In this document: positions 1 through 9,085 of the stretch, piece by piece
Numbering within the stretch: position 1 is the first letter of the stretch
Layout of the letters: every line of letters starts with the position of its first letter
Virus record (IMG/VR): IMGVR_UViG_3300042483_000604
Length of the DNA stretch: 64,000 bases
Direction: 5' to 3' (one strand)
Origin: a virus
Lineage: Duplodnaviria; Heunggongvirae; Uroviricota; Caudoviricetes
The notes under the pieces: model-generated
The model's database searches: none
What the model was told of the DNA's origin: nothing
The model's input: the letters and a program-made list of their open reading frames with translations, nothing else
Translations under genes and position numbers: made by a program

Positions 1-211
1 TTTCAGATAAGATTATTTCTGAGAATTGTAAGATGCTTTGGTCATAATTTAAAGCAAACTCTAAACTCCCTAATACATTTCCATTTGTTTGAATTGTTAC
101 AGGAAGGTCTATAGTATTAGATGGAGACACTGTAATCCCAGGTACTTGAAACTGTACCTGAGAATATAGTGAATTTATTGATAATAGTGCTATGATTATA
201 TAGCGTAACAT
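1..211 (-). CDS. Secreted cohesin-domain protein, N-terminal part (runs off the window; not in the ORF track)
   Basis: Manual translation from ATG at 211: MLRYIIIALLSINSLYSQ-VQFQVPGITVSPSNTIDLPVTIQTNGNVLGSLEFALNYDQSILQFSEIILSE. Signal peptide followed by a cohesin-like start (V-P-V-T-I...L-E-F-A-L-N-Y-D...L-Q-F). Confidence 0.7.
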   Translation of the reverse strand, partial: MLRYIIIALLSINSLYSQVQFQVPGITVSPSNTIDLPVTIQTNGNVLGSLEFALNYDQSILQFSEIILSE

Positions 212-212
212 A

Positions 213-1304
213 TTAGTTATGTCCTGTTCCGTTTGCGTCTCCTAATACTAGTAGGTAGTAATTGGCTGCTGTTGTATTGTTGATGTTAGCTGATAAGAAC
301 GTAGCTACCCCTGGAATTGTTGCTGATAAACTTGTTGTAGCTGCTGCAATTTGAGTGTATTGAGCTTCTGTAAAGAATAAGATATCAGGATTGTTTGGGT
401 AAGCTGTTAGACCTTGAGCCAATCTAGAGAATAATGTATATGAATCTGAAATTGTAATTCCATTTGCTTGGTTAGGGTTAGCAGTATAGAATTGAATTCC
501 AGTTGGTGTTTGTAATCCTGTAGCAATTTGAGCCATCATATCAGCATCTGCTGCAGATAAAGCTGCTGGAGCTGTAATACCTGGATTTACTTTTACTCTA
601 ATTTGCCAGTAGTTTTGATCTAAGTTAGTTGTGAATTCTGCTACTCCTGTTGAAGCCGCTGTATTAACAGTCATTACATCTACCCAAGTTGTTCCGTTTG
701 AAGATTTTTGTAATACAACCGGTATATCTGAAGCTGGGTTAGTTGGGCTGTTTAAGAATGTAGCAGCATATTCAAATACGGGTTCTGTGAACGCACCTCC
801 GTAGTTATGTAATCCTAATGTTGTATCAGTTCCATTTGCTAGGGTACCATAAGCAGGATAAGCTGTTGCTCCTGAGAATGACATAGTAGTTACAGCTCCA
901 TTAGTATAACCTGCTTTAAATGGTAAAGCTATATTGAACATTGCTCCGTCAGCAATATTGAAAGCAACATCTGCTCCGGTGTAAACCCATGTAACTGTTA
1001 CATTTCCTTCAGTAGCGTTTACTAATGTTTGGAAGTAACTGTTTGTTTCGGTCCCAGTGTATGTTACTGTCGGAGAAGCAAATACGTTTTTGTCGTACCA
1101 AAATCTGTACTGTAATGCTTTGATAGCTGTAGAACCAGCGTTATCATAGTAAATTGCAACGTTTGTAGGTGTTGCTCCAATTGGTGCTAGGTTGTAACTA
1201 GCGTCAAATATCAAGTAAGGCTTAGTAGCATCAGGTGCGGTAGTTTGTGCAAATCCTGTTAATGATACTAAAACTACACCTAATACTAAAAGTAATTTTT
1301 TCAT
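213..1304 (-). CDS. Secreted protein with cohesin-like, CnaB/Ig-like and dockerin-like domains
   Basis: Signal peptide MKKLLLVLGVVLVSLTGFAQ; cohesin-like beta sandwich (IKALQYRFWYDKNVF); C-terminal SAADADMMAQ...ANPNQANGITISDSY resembles a Bacteroidota dockerin-like Ca-binding repeat. Confidence 0.6.
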   Translation of the reverse strand: MKKLLLVLGVVLVSLTGFAQTTAPDATKPYLIFDASYNLAPIGATPTNVAIYYDNAGSTAIKALQYRFWYDKNVFASPTVTYTGTETNSYFQTLVNATEGNVTVTWVYTGADVAFNIADGAMFNIALPFKAGYTNGAVTTMSFSGATAYPAYGTLANGTDTTLGLHNYGGAFTEPVFEYAATFLNSPTNPASDIPVVLQKSSNGTTWVDVMTVNTAASTGVAEFTTNLDQNYWQIRVKVNPGITAPAALSAADADMMAQIATGLQTPTGIQFYTANPNQANGITISDSYTLFSRLAQGLTAYPNNPDILFFTEAQYTQIAAATTSLSATIPGVATFLSANINNTTAANYYLLVLGDANGTGHN

Positions 1305-1365
1305 TTCTTTTGTTTTTAAGTTATTTTTATTTCACAACCTGGTGCTTATGCACTCTCATACCTTT

Positions 1366-1373
1366 TATAAATA
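1366..1373 (-). promoter_or_regulatory. TATTTATA candidate phage promoter box
   Basis: Recurrent intergenic motif upstream of minus-strand starts; here upstream of the 213..1304 ORF. Confidence 0.45.
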
Positions 1374-1382
1374 GTCGCAACT

Positions 1383-2384
1383 TTAGTTGCTATATCCTAA
1401 TCTTGTTATATAGTAACTCGAAACTCCTCCTGATATAGGATTGTTTATTGTTACTGATTGTACCCCTGGGATTGTTGTTTTTAAGTTTAATGCACTTCCA
1501 CTAATTGAACTCCATTGGGATGATGTAAATATCCTACTATCAGGAGGTGATGCTGCAAACGAGTTTATTAATCCATTTCTTCTAGCAAATATTGTGTAAG
1601 TATCTGATATTGTTACTCTACCGTCATTATTAACATCAAATCTAAAAAAGTCTCTACTTCTTAAAGCTAGTGTTCCTAAAGTTACATTATTTGAAATCTG
1701 TGCATCACTTACTTGTAATGTAGGTAAAGTTGGAGGAGTAAATGTTATGTAGTATTCTATAGAAGGATTTGTTGGTGTTGAAAATACATATCTTCCTGTA
1801 GCATCTGTTGTCGCTGTTGTTACTAAAGCCCAAGGAGTAAAAGTTACTACATAATCAAATTCTATCACATATGGAAGTGCTTGATTATTAGGTAAATCAT
1901 TCCATCTACCTGCTCCTACAAATTGAACATAATCTTCATTACCTGCGTTATTAGGTTCACCTGGATTCCATGATTGATAAGAATAGGGTTCTCCTGTTAC
2001 CCATCTCCATTGACCCTCGACTGCTTCATCTGTTAATCCTATCCATCCTGAAGGCCATAGGTTGAATAAAAAGTTATTTTCAGCTGCTGATGTTACAGTT
2101 ACTAAATAACCTCCCATATTGGCACATGCCTGTCTTGCATCTGTCCAGAAAGCACTTCCAGTTGATCTGTAATAGGAATGTCCGTTATAGTTTTGTTGAG
2201 ATGTAAATCCTGTCAAAGTAGGTGTTGTTCTACTATACAACTGTACTTGTACACCCGGTATTCCTACAGCGTTTGATCCGTAGATATAACCGGAGTGCGT
2301 AAAGGTTTGACCGTACGTAGATAGAATACCCCCTAGTATTAGTAGAGGGTATAACATTTTTACTATTTTGGCTAGTATATTCAT
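1383..2384 (-). CDS. Secreted C-type lectin domain protein with C-terminal dockerin-like domain
   Basis: CTLD motifs (YNGHSYY...W..A...C...GGYLVTV...EN..L...WIGL.D...EG.W.W..GE...Y..W..GEPNN.G.EDYV...WND); FDVNNDGRVTISD EF-hand/dockerin loop; hydrophobic leader LYPLLILGGILSTYGQ. Start placed at ATG 2384, just after the TATTTATA box at 2389-2396, rather than 2429. Confidence 0.75.
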   Translation of the reverse strand: MNILAKIVKMLYPLLILGGILSTYGQTFTHSGYIYGSNAVGIPGVQVQLYSRTTPTLTGFTSQQNYNGHSYYRSTGSAFWTDARQACANMGGYLVTVTSAAENNFLFNLWPSGWIGLTDEAVEGQWRWVTGEPYSYQSWNPGEPNNAGNEDYVQFVGAGRWNDLPNNQALPYVIEFDYVVTFTPWALVTTATTDATGRYVFSTPTNPSIEYYITFTPPTLPTLQVSDAQISNNVTLGTLALRSRDFFRFDVNNDGRVTISDTYTIFARRNGLINSFAASPPDSRIFTSSQWSSISGSALNLKTTIPGVQSVTINNPISGGVSSYYITRLGYSN

Positions 2385-2397
2385 TTCATATAAATAG

Positions 2398-2853
2398 CTA
2401 TTCTTCTGTGATCTCTGCTCGGTTTCCATCTACTGCAATTTCATGCCAGTGAACTCTTCCTTCTTGAATTGCTTTTTTAATATTCTTTTGTTTTCCCATT
2501 AGAAATGCATTTCCTGATTTTACTTCAATGAAATGTACTTCGCATTTAGTTTTACTTTCTGTGTTGGTAAACCCTACATAGTCAATTGGCATTCCAAGGA
2601 ATACTACATCTTCTGCTGGTATAGGGAACTTTGTCATAAAAGGTACAAAGTGTTCAATTGTCTTACCCCAATTAACTGCTGAAGATCTAAATGTAGAATC
2701 TTTCTTTACTTTTGCTTTCTCAATTATATGAGCTGCTGCTGTTTCTTCAATTTGTTTTCTCAACTGTGCTACCTCTTGTACATACTCTCTCAGTTTTACA
2801 GTTAGTAGAAAAATTACAGTTGCTAGGAATAGTGAAATAAATAATTGTATCAT
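2398..2853 (-). CDS. Membrane-anchored Holliday-junction-resolvase-like PD-(D/E)XK endonuclease (Endonuc_Holl-like)
   Basis: N-terminal TM helix plus coiled coil, then FLGMPIDYVGF...VHFIEVKSG...KNIKKAIQEGRVHW. Confidence 0.65.
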   Translation of the reverse strand: MIQLFISLFLATVIFLLTVKLREYVQEVAQLRKQIEETAAAHIIEKAKVKKDSTFRSSAVNWGKTIEHFVPFMTKFPIPAEDVVFLGMPIDYVGFTNTESKTKCEVHFIEVKSGNAFLMGKQKNIKKAIQEGRVHWHEIAVDGNRAEITEE

Positions 2854-2865
2854 ATTTTTTTAATT

Positions 2866-4575
2866 TTATCCATCACAGCTTAAACAGTCTTCAGAAGTTC
2901 TACTTCCGATATCTCCGTTTATGACAGAATCAGTTCTTAGATAATATAACGTTTTTAATCCAAGTTTCCAAGCTGTCTGGTGAACAAGGTTTATGAACTT
3001 AGGACTATCACTTGGATCGAATGCTAAATTTAATGATTGAGCCTGGTCTACGTACTTCTGTCTTACTGAAGCTTGTTCTACTAAAGCTAGTTGGTTTATT
3101 TCTGCAAATGTTAAGAATACTTCTTTATCTTCAAACGGCATAATGTCTTCAGGTAGATTTGCAATTGATCCTCTATCCTTTAAAATCTGTTGCCATACCT
3201 CTTCTGTATTGTGTCCTTTGTCTTCTAAATACTTTTCTAATACTGGATTCTTTCTAATGAAAGTTCCTTTAGATGAATTGAAAGTATAAACGTTAGCTGG
3301 AATTGGTTCAATACCTGCCGATACTCCTCCTGAGATTGTTGAGTTGGAAACTGTTGGAGCAATTGCAATTAAATGCGTATTTCTCATTCCTGTTCCTTTA
3401 CACCAGATTGGTTCCCCATACTCTTCAGCTAACTTTCTAGAAGCAGCTTCTGCTTGTGTTTTAATTTGAGAGAATATTCTGTTTGTCCAAGAAGTAGATG
3501 CAATTGAATTAAATGGTAATCCTTTTGATTGTAAGAATGAATGCCATCCTAAAACTCCTAATCCTAATGCTCTTCCTTTTTTAGCAGAACGGTGTGCTCT
3601 AATCATAGAGTCCTTACCATTTGTCTTAACTAAGAATTCTTCTAGTACTCCATCTAAGAAGTAGATTGCTGTCTCAACTAAGTCAGTATCTTTCCACTCA
3701 TCGTATCTTGTTAAGTTCAAAGAAGATAAACAACAAACAAATGAATGCTCTTCATCGGTATGTAATGCAATCTCCGAACAGATATTAGTCATTGTAACAT
3801 CTAAGTTATTCTTTACGTATGCCTGAGGGTTAGCGTTGTTAACATTATCTTTAAACATAATATAAGGCTCTCCTGTCTCAACTCTTGATTTAAGAATCTC
3901 AACCCATAGTTCCATTGCTTCTGGATCTCTATGCTCTAATCTCTGCATAAATTTATCATCAATAGAAACACATTGGTGTAAATTTAAACACTGACGGTTT
4001 GGATCTCCTTGAGGTCTTCTAATACGTAAAAACTCTTTTATATCTTCGTGATTGATATCTAAGTTCACAGAAGCTGCTCCTCTACGAACTGATCCTTGAT
4101 TTGTAGCAATGATAGTTGAATCATAAATCTTAGCCCAAGGCACAATTCCTTCTGAGTTACCAGTATCGCCATTTGCGATCTTTTTTCCTCTTCCTCTAAC
4201 TCTTCCTAATCCAATTCCTACTCCTCCTCCTAAAGAGGTAAGTCTCATCAGTTCTGCATTGGTTAATCCTATACCTCTGATTGAATCAGGAGTATCTATA
4301 CCGAAACATGAGATTGGTAATCCTTTGTCAGTTCCAGTGTTTGATAGTACTGGTGAAGCTAGGTTTAACCAACCCTTCCACATATACTTGAAAAACTTAT
4401 TTGCTAGATCAGGACGATCTAATCTTTTAGCTACTGCATCAGCAACTCTTCTGTATGCTTTCTTTGGATTTTCATCAGGTAATAAGTACCCGTTTGAAAT
4501 TGTTGCCAAAGATACTTCATTCATCCATTCTGGATAATCTACACCTGGTTTCCAGGTACTGTAATCTACTCCCAT
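2866..4575 (-). CDS. nrdA: Class I ribonucleotide reductase alpha subunit (no ATP cone)
   Basis: PISCF, TNICSEI (N-x-C-x-E), VCCLSSLN, TLYYLR, C-terminal CLSCDG. Confidence 0.97.
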   Translation of the reverse strand: MGVDYSTWKPGVDYPEWMNEVSLATISNGYLLPDENPKKAYRRVADAVAKRLDRPDLANKFFKYMWKGWLNLASPVLSNTGTDKGLPISCFGIDTPDSIRGIGLTNAELMRLTSLGGGVGIGLGRVRGRGKKIANGDTGNSEGIVPWAKIYDSTIIATNQGSVRRGAASVNLDINHEDIKEFLRIRRPQGDPNRQCLNLHQCVSIDDKFMQRLEHRDPEAMELWVEILKSRVETGEPYIMFKDNVNNANPQAYVKNNLDVTMTNICSEIALHTDEEHSFVCCLSSLNLTRYDEWKDTDLVETAIYFLDGVLEEFLVKTNGKDSMIRAHRSAKKGRALGLGVLGWHSFLQSKGLPFNSIASTSWTNRIFSQIKTQAEAASRKLAEEYGEPIWCKGTGMRNTHLIAIAPTVSNSTISGGVSAGIEPIPANVYTFNSSKGTFIRKNPVLEKYLEDKGHNTEEVWQQILKDRGSIANLPEDIMPFEDKEVFLTFAEINQLALVEQASVRQKYVDQAQSLNLAFDPSDSPKFINLVHQTAWKLGLKTLYYLRTDSVINGDIGSRTSEDCLSCDG

Positions 4576-4584
4576 AAAATTAAA

Positions 4585-5562
4585 TTAAAATGCGTTGTCC
4601 CAATCCATATGCCCTTTGGCATAATTCGTTACTCTTGATGCAAAGAAATCTGTATGCTGTTTACCTGCTACTACAGCATCAAACCATAACATTTGTTTCA
4701 AAGCTCCTTTATCGATTTGATCTGAAGGTATTAATGGTTTTAATCCTAAATCTCCCATCTTAGTGTTTACTCTGTGTTTAATAAAGTTTTTAAGGTCGTT
4801 TTTAGATAAGTTCTCTAAATCTCCCATTTCAAATACTTTATCAATAAAATTGAATTCTAATTCTAAAGCAAGCGTTGCCGCTTCTCTAATATCGTTAATA
4901 AGTCTTTCTGTTTTTAATTCTGGATATTCTTCCATTAAGGTTCTGAATAACCAACAACCTGCTTCTGAGTGAAGTGATTCATCTCTTACAGACCATTCTA
5001 CTATTTGCCCTACTCCTTTTAATTTGTTTCTCATTTTAAATGATAACAATACTGCAAAAGAAGAGAATAGATTTACTCCTTCAGTAAATGCTGAGAATAT
5101 AGCAAGTGATCTAGCTGCTTCATGCCAATCTGTTTCTCCTGCATTTCCATCTCTAACATCCATTAAAGATTGAATTTTAGCTGCAGTTGATTCATCTTCT
5201 AAGAATTCTGCAAAATTATCTAATCCTAATTGCTCGTTTAGTAAAGCATATGCTTCGGCATGGATTGTTTCGAAAGCTCCAAACGTAACTGCCATCATAA
5301 TAACTTCCGGTTTTCTAAACCATTTTGTTACTAAAGATGTCCAGTAATCATTTACAACTGTCTCTGTTTGAGCAAACCCTTTTAGGATTCCTCCTATAAG
5401 GTTTTTTTCGTGCGGTTTAAGGTTTGAATTCCAATCTGTTACGTCCTGTGACATTGGAACTTCTGTATGTAACCAGTGCGCTTGGTGCGCTTTAAGCCAG
5501 TAATCGTGTGCTTGTGGGTATTCAAATGGTTTGTAAACTATGCGTTCGTCTTTTAGACTCAT
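4585..5562 (-). CDS. nrdB: Class I ribonucleotide reductase beta subunit
   Basis: Metal ligands ETIH, EGVNLFSSF, RDESLH; radical Tyr in HAEAY; TDFFASRVTNY C-terminus. Confidence 0.97.
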   Translation of the reverse strand: MSLKDERIVYKPFEYPQAHDYWLKAHQAHWLHTEVPMSQDVTDWNSNLKPHEKNLIGGILKGFAQTETVVNDYWTSLVTKWFRKPEVIMMAVTFGAFETIHAEAYALLNEQLGLDNFAEFLEDESTAAKIQSLMDVRDGNAGETDWHEAARSLAIFSAFTEGVNLFSSFAVLLSFKMRNKLKGVGQIVEWSVRDESLHSEAGCWLFRTLMEEYPELKTERLINDIREAATLALELEFNFIDKVFEMGDLENLSKNDLKNFIKHRVNTKMGDLGLKPLIPSDQIDKGALKQMLWFDAVVAGKQHTDFFASRVTNYAKGHMDWDNAF

Positions 5563-5615
5563 ATTCGCTTTTTTTAAAAGGGTTATAGATTATGACTGTA
5601 GAAATAAATAGGCTT

Positions 5616-6968
5616 CTAGCTTGGAACTTGAGACTCTAATTCGAAGAACTTATTAGCAATATCTTTGTAACTTCCTCTTGGTTTGTCTCCTGATTCGTCT
5701 ATTAACATGTGACCTAATATCTCAATATGTCCATTATTTGTATCAACTTTTGCATCCCAAGTCATACCGTCCATTCCGTATCTGTTCTTCATAACGTGAA
5801 TTCTTCCTGTGCCTAAAACCTTATCTTCTTTCATTCTTGATAAAGATAAACATACATCGGCAACCATCATCTTATCGTAAGAACCTGCTGCTTTATCTCC
5901 TTCAATAACTGAATCCTTAGCACCCATTCTATTAACTTGAGATGGTGTTAGAATAGGTATTTGTAGTTCCTTAGCTAGTCCTTTTGTTGCAATAAATACA
6001 TCATCAATTTCATCTTTTCTCTCTGTGAAACGAGATTTTGAAGGTGCTTTTAGGTAATCGACATAGTCAATAACAATCATATCCGGTTTATGATCCATAT
6101 CGATACATTTCTGGATATGAGATTTAATTGTGTTAATTGAAGCTCCTTTTGGTGGATACTCTTTTACAATAAGTTTTCCTTTCAATTTACCTACAATCTT
6201 CTCAACTTCTCCTCTATGTTTATTTACTTCTTCAATTCCATATCCTGTAAAGTAACAGTCAAAACGTTTACCTACATAATCCTCTCCAAGCTCTAAAGTA
6301 TAGTAATTTACATTGTAACCTAGTAGTACTGCATGTGCTGCAGCTGCAACCATCGTCCAAGATTTACCTCCTCCAGGATTTCCAAACATAATAACTAAAT
6401 CTCCAGGTCCGAATCCTCCTCCAATAGTCTCATTCATAATCGGCCAAGGTGTTGGAATAGTTGGTCTATAGTTTTCTCTATAACGACTCTCTACATCTTT
6501 ATTATACTCATGACCCATATTCTTATCCATACCAGCTCTCATAGCTCTTTCAATCAATCCTCTAATACCGTCAAAGTCTCCTTGGTTTAAAAGATCTGCT
6601 GAGTTTAATAATGCTGCTTTAAGTTCCTGGTTTTTGGCAAAGGTAGTAAATTCCTCTACAACGTATGCTAAATCTTCTTGAGTTGCTTCATAACAATTTC
6701 TCAATTCTGATTTAACTGCTACTTGTAAAATATCATTCTCTACTTTCTGTAATTCGATTTTTAATGCTTCTAATGAAATTGTAGTATGATATTTGTCGTA
6801 ATACTTAATTGTAGTTTCTAGAATCCATTTATGTGCATCTGAATCGAAGTAATCTGGCCTTAACAAATCTCTTGTGTTAAGTAGAAATTTCTTGTCTGTT
6901 AATAATGCTCCTAATACTTTTAACTGGAATCCTTTTCCGTAGGAAGATAATTTTGCTAATGATGTCAT
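5616..6968 (-). CDS. Replicative DnaB/T4 gp41-like helicase
   Basis: Walker A GNPGGGKS, YTLEL, IVIDYVDYL, SQVNR, KNRYG. Confidence 0.92.
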   Translation of the reverse strand: MTSLAKLSSYGKGFQLKVLGALLTDKKFLLNTRDLLRPDYFDSDAHKWILETTIKYYDKYHTTISLEALKIELQKVENDILQVAVKSELRNCYEATQEDLAYVVEEFTTFAKNQELKAALLNSADLLNQGDFDGIRGLIERAMRAGMDKNMGHEYNKDVESRYRENYRPTIPTPWPIMNETIGGGFGPGDLVIMFGNPGGGKSWTMVAAAAHAVLLGYNVNYYTLELGEDYVGKRFDCYFTGYGIEEVNKHRGEVEKIVGKLKGKLIVKEYPPKGASINTIKSHIQKCIDMDHKPDMIVIDYVDYLKAPSKSRFTERKDEIDDVFIATKGLAKELQIPILTPSQVNRMGAKDSVIEGDKAAGSYDKMMVADVCLSLSRMKEDKVLGTGRIHVMKNRYGMDGMTWDAKVDTNNGHIEILGHMLIDESGDKPRGSYKDIANKFFELESQVPS

Positions 6969-6988
6969 GTAACTTATTTTATTATAAC

Positions 6989-8011
6989 TTATTTTTTATA
7001 TGTTGAAAGCGGTCTGAATAATTCAAGCCATCCCTCAACGTTTTTGTTTAGAGCTTCGATTTGATCTGCCTCTAACATGTTTAAAAAAGTAACAGCCTGT
7101 AATGCCGGTGTTGGCTCTTTTATCTTATCTAATATATGAACTATTTCGTAATCTCCCAACCTTGGCTGTAAAAGATTCATCAATTCATAGTTAGTTTTTA
7201 CCTTTTCCCATTCATATATGATTTTTGCAAAAACTTTCTTATCCTGTAATCCTTTTTCACAAACTTCATAAATATCTTCTAAAGAAAAGCCCGGTTTGTT
7301 TACTAATCCCGGAAATTCTTTTATAAGTGTTTTAGGGCCTAATCCTTTTATTCCTGTAAGGTTATCTGAGTTATCACCTAAAAGTGCTTTCATTATTAGA
7401 TAATTCTCAGGAATCATACCTATTTCTTCCAGTACCTCTTTTTTTCCATAGGTTTTTTTCTTGATAGGGGAATAAACTTCTATATTTTCGTCCACTATTT
7501 GTAAAAAATCCTTATCAGAAGAAACGATTGTTACCTTTTTATTATTAGCTCCAAACTTCTGAGCTAGATAAGATATAGTATCATCTGCTTCTATTTTGTC
7601 TATAGAGATTAAGTTGATAGGAAGACATTGTAAGTACTCTACTAGTCTATGCATTTGCATAGTCATTGATGCGTACTCATCTTCTTTATCATCGAACAGT
7701 TCCCAATTGGTAATCCTTTTAATATTTCTATTTGCTTTATATTCAGGATCAATATTCTTTCTACTTGAGGAAGAAGCTTGTCCGTCAAACACACAAATGA
7801 TTCTAGTAGGGTCAATTGTTCTCATCAAAAACCCTAACGATCTCAAGAAACCAACAAGACCACCGGTGTGATGGCCTTGGGGATTCATTGATTGTAGCAT
7901 TGCAAAAGACCTTATAAAGGTGTTCATGCTGTCTACTATTAAAACATGGTCGTTTAGTTTTCTGTCTGGTTTTTGTTCGATTTTATTTAGTATATCTAAA
8001 TAATTACTCAT
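6989..8011 (-). CDS. 5'-3' exonuclease / flap endonuclease (T4 RNase H-like)
   Basis: LIVDSMN, VFDG, YKANR, EADD, SSDKDFLQ, LGDNSDNLTGIKGLGPKT (H3TH). Confidence 0.93.
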   Translation of the reverse strand: MSNYLDILNKIEQKPDRKLNDHVLIVDSMNTFIRSFAMLQSMNPQGHHTGGLVGFLRSLGFLMRTIDPTRIICVFDGQASSSSRKNIDPEYKANRNIKRITNWELFDDKEDEYASMTMQMHRLVEYLQCLPINLISIDKIEADDTISYLAQKFGANNKKVTIVSSDKDFLQIVDENIEVYSPIKKKTYGKKEVLEEIGMIPENYLIMKALLGDNSDNLTGIKGLGPKTLIKEFPGLVNKPGFSLEDIYEVCEKGLQDKKVFAKIIYEWEKVKTNYELMNLLQPRLGDYEIVHILDKIKEPTPALQAVTFLNMLEADQIEALNKNVEGWLELFRPLSTYKK

Positions 8012-9083
8012 CGATCATCTCTATATCAGTTCTAACATCTTCTCCTACTTCAGCTTCAATTGTTACTGTAAAGTCTGTTGACCCTAAAGTATTAGCCCAA
8101 GATCCTTTATGTGCATCTTTATATGCATCAATTGCTTTCTTATCGTCAGCAATAAATCCATGGCTTGTCATAATGATTGCTCCTCTAGACTGTATTCCAT
8201 CGATATGATTCTTTTCTATCTGAACTTTTGTTCTTTTAGCAAATTCATATTCCTTTCCTTTGTTTACAGCTTTGATTTTAGAAGTACCTGAGTTGGTAAT
8301 GTTTCCAAATGTAATGATAACTGTTGCGTCATACCACATTGTCTTTCCTCCTTTATTCTCCAATCGAGGTTGACCCATTGGATGTTCAGGTTTTGCAGTC
8401 CAGACTTTGTTAATAGCTACTAAAGTGTTTGTATACTTACTAGCTTCTTTTCTTGATAACATAATTTTTTGATTTACGTTATTTCCGAATTGAGTAGACA
8501 TTGCTCCAGCATTCCATTCATTATTATTCTTATTTGATCTTACTGATAAATCACTTGGAACTGATCCAACTGAATCCCATAAGAACAATAGGTCATAAGG
8601 TAGGTTTCCTTTCTTTTGTTCATCTACTAAGTCTAGAATGTATTCTGCTACATCTTCAATAGTGTTTAAGGTACCTCTATCAGCATATAAGAAAAATCCT
8701 TTGTAGTCAGTAATCTCTCCTGTATCCTCATCGAATATTTCCTCTACTTCTAATCCCATCATTTGAGCATGTGGCCATGACCATTTCATCTCTGTAATAA
8801 TGAATACTGGAAGTACTCGTCTTTTCTGAGCATTAACTGCTGCTTCTAAAAGTAAAGTAGTTTTTCCTGTATCAGAATGTCCTCTTAGTAACGTAATATG
8901 CCCCATAGGAATTCCTTTAAGGGATGTTACTTCTGTGAAAGCATCTGAGACTTTAATCCAGTCTTGAGATTTAAACTTTACTGAGGTATTTGAAAATCCT
9001 TTATTTTTTTTGAAGTTGTCAAGACTAAAACCGCCTTTGATTATTTCGCTAGCGGTTTTTGCTGTTTCTTTTTTAACTGCCAT
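8004..9083 (-). CDS. RecA/UvsX-like recombinase
   Basis: Walker A GHSDTGKT, Walker B LFLWDSVG, GGK..WY, KVQIEKNH. Confidence 0.88.
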   Translation of the reverse strand: MAVKKETAKTASEIIKGGFSLDNFKKNKGFSNTSVKFKSQDWIKVSDAFTEVTSLKGIPMGHITLLRGHSDTGKTTLLLEAAVNAQKRRVLPVFIITEMKWSWPHAQMMGLEVEEIFDEDTGEITDYKGFFLYADRGTLNTIEDVAEYILDLVDEQKKGNLPYDLLFLWDSVGSVPSDLSVRSNKNNNEWNAGAMSTQFGNNVNQKIMLSRKEASKYTNTLVAINKVWTAKPEHPMGQPRLENKGGKTMWYDATVIITFGNITNSGTSKIKAVNKGKEYEFAKRTKVQIEKNHIDGIQSRGAIIMTSHGFIADDKKAIDAYKDAHKGSWANTLGSTDFTVTIEAEVGEDVRTDIEMIDE

Positions 9084-9085
9084 TC

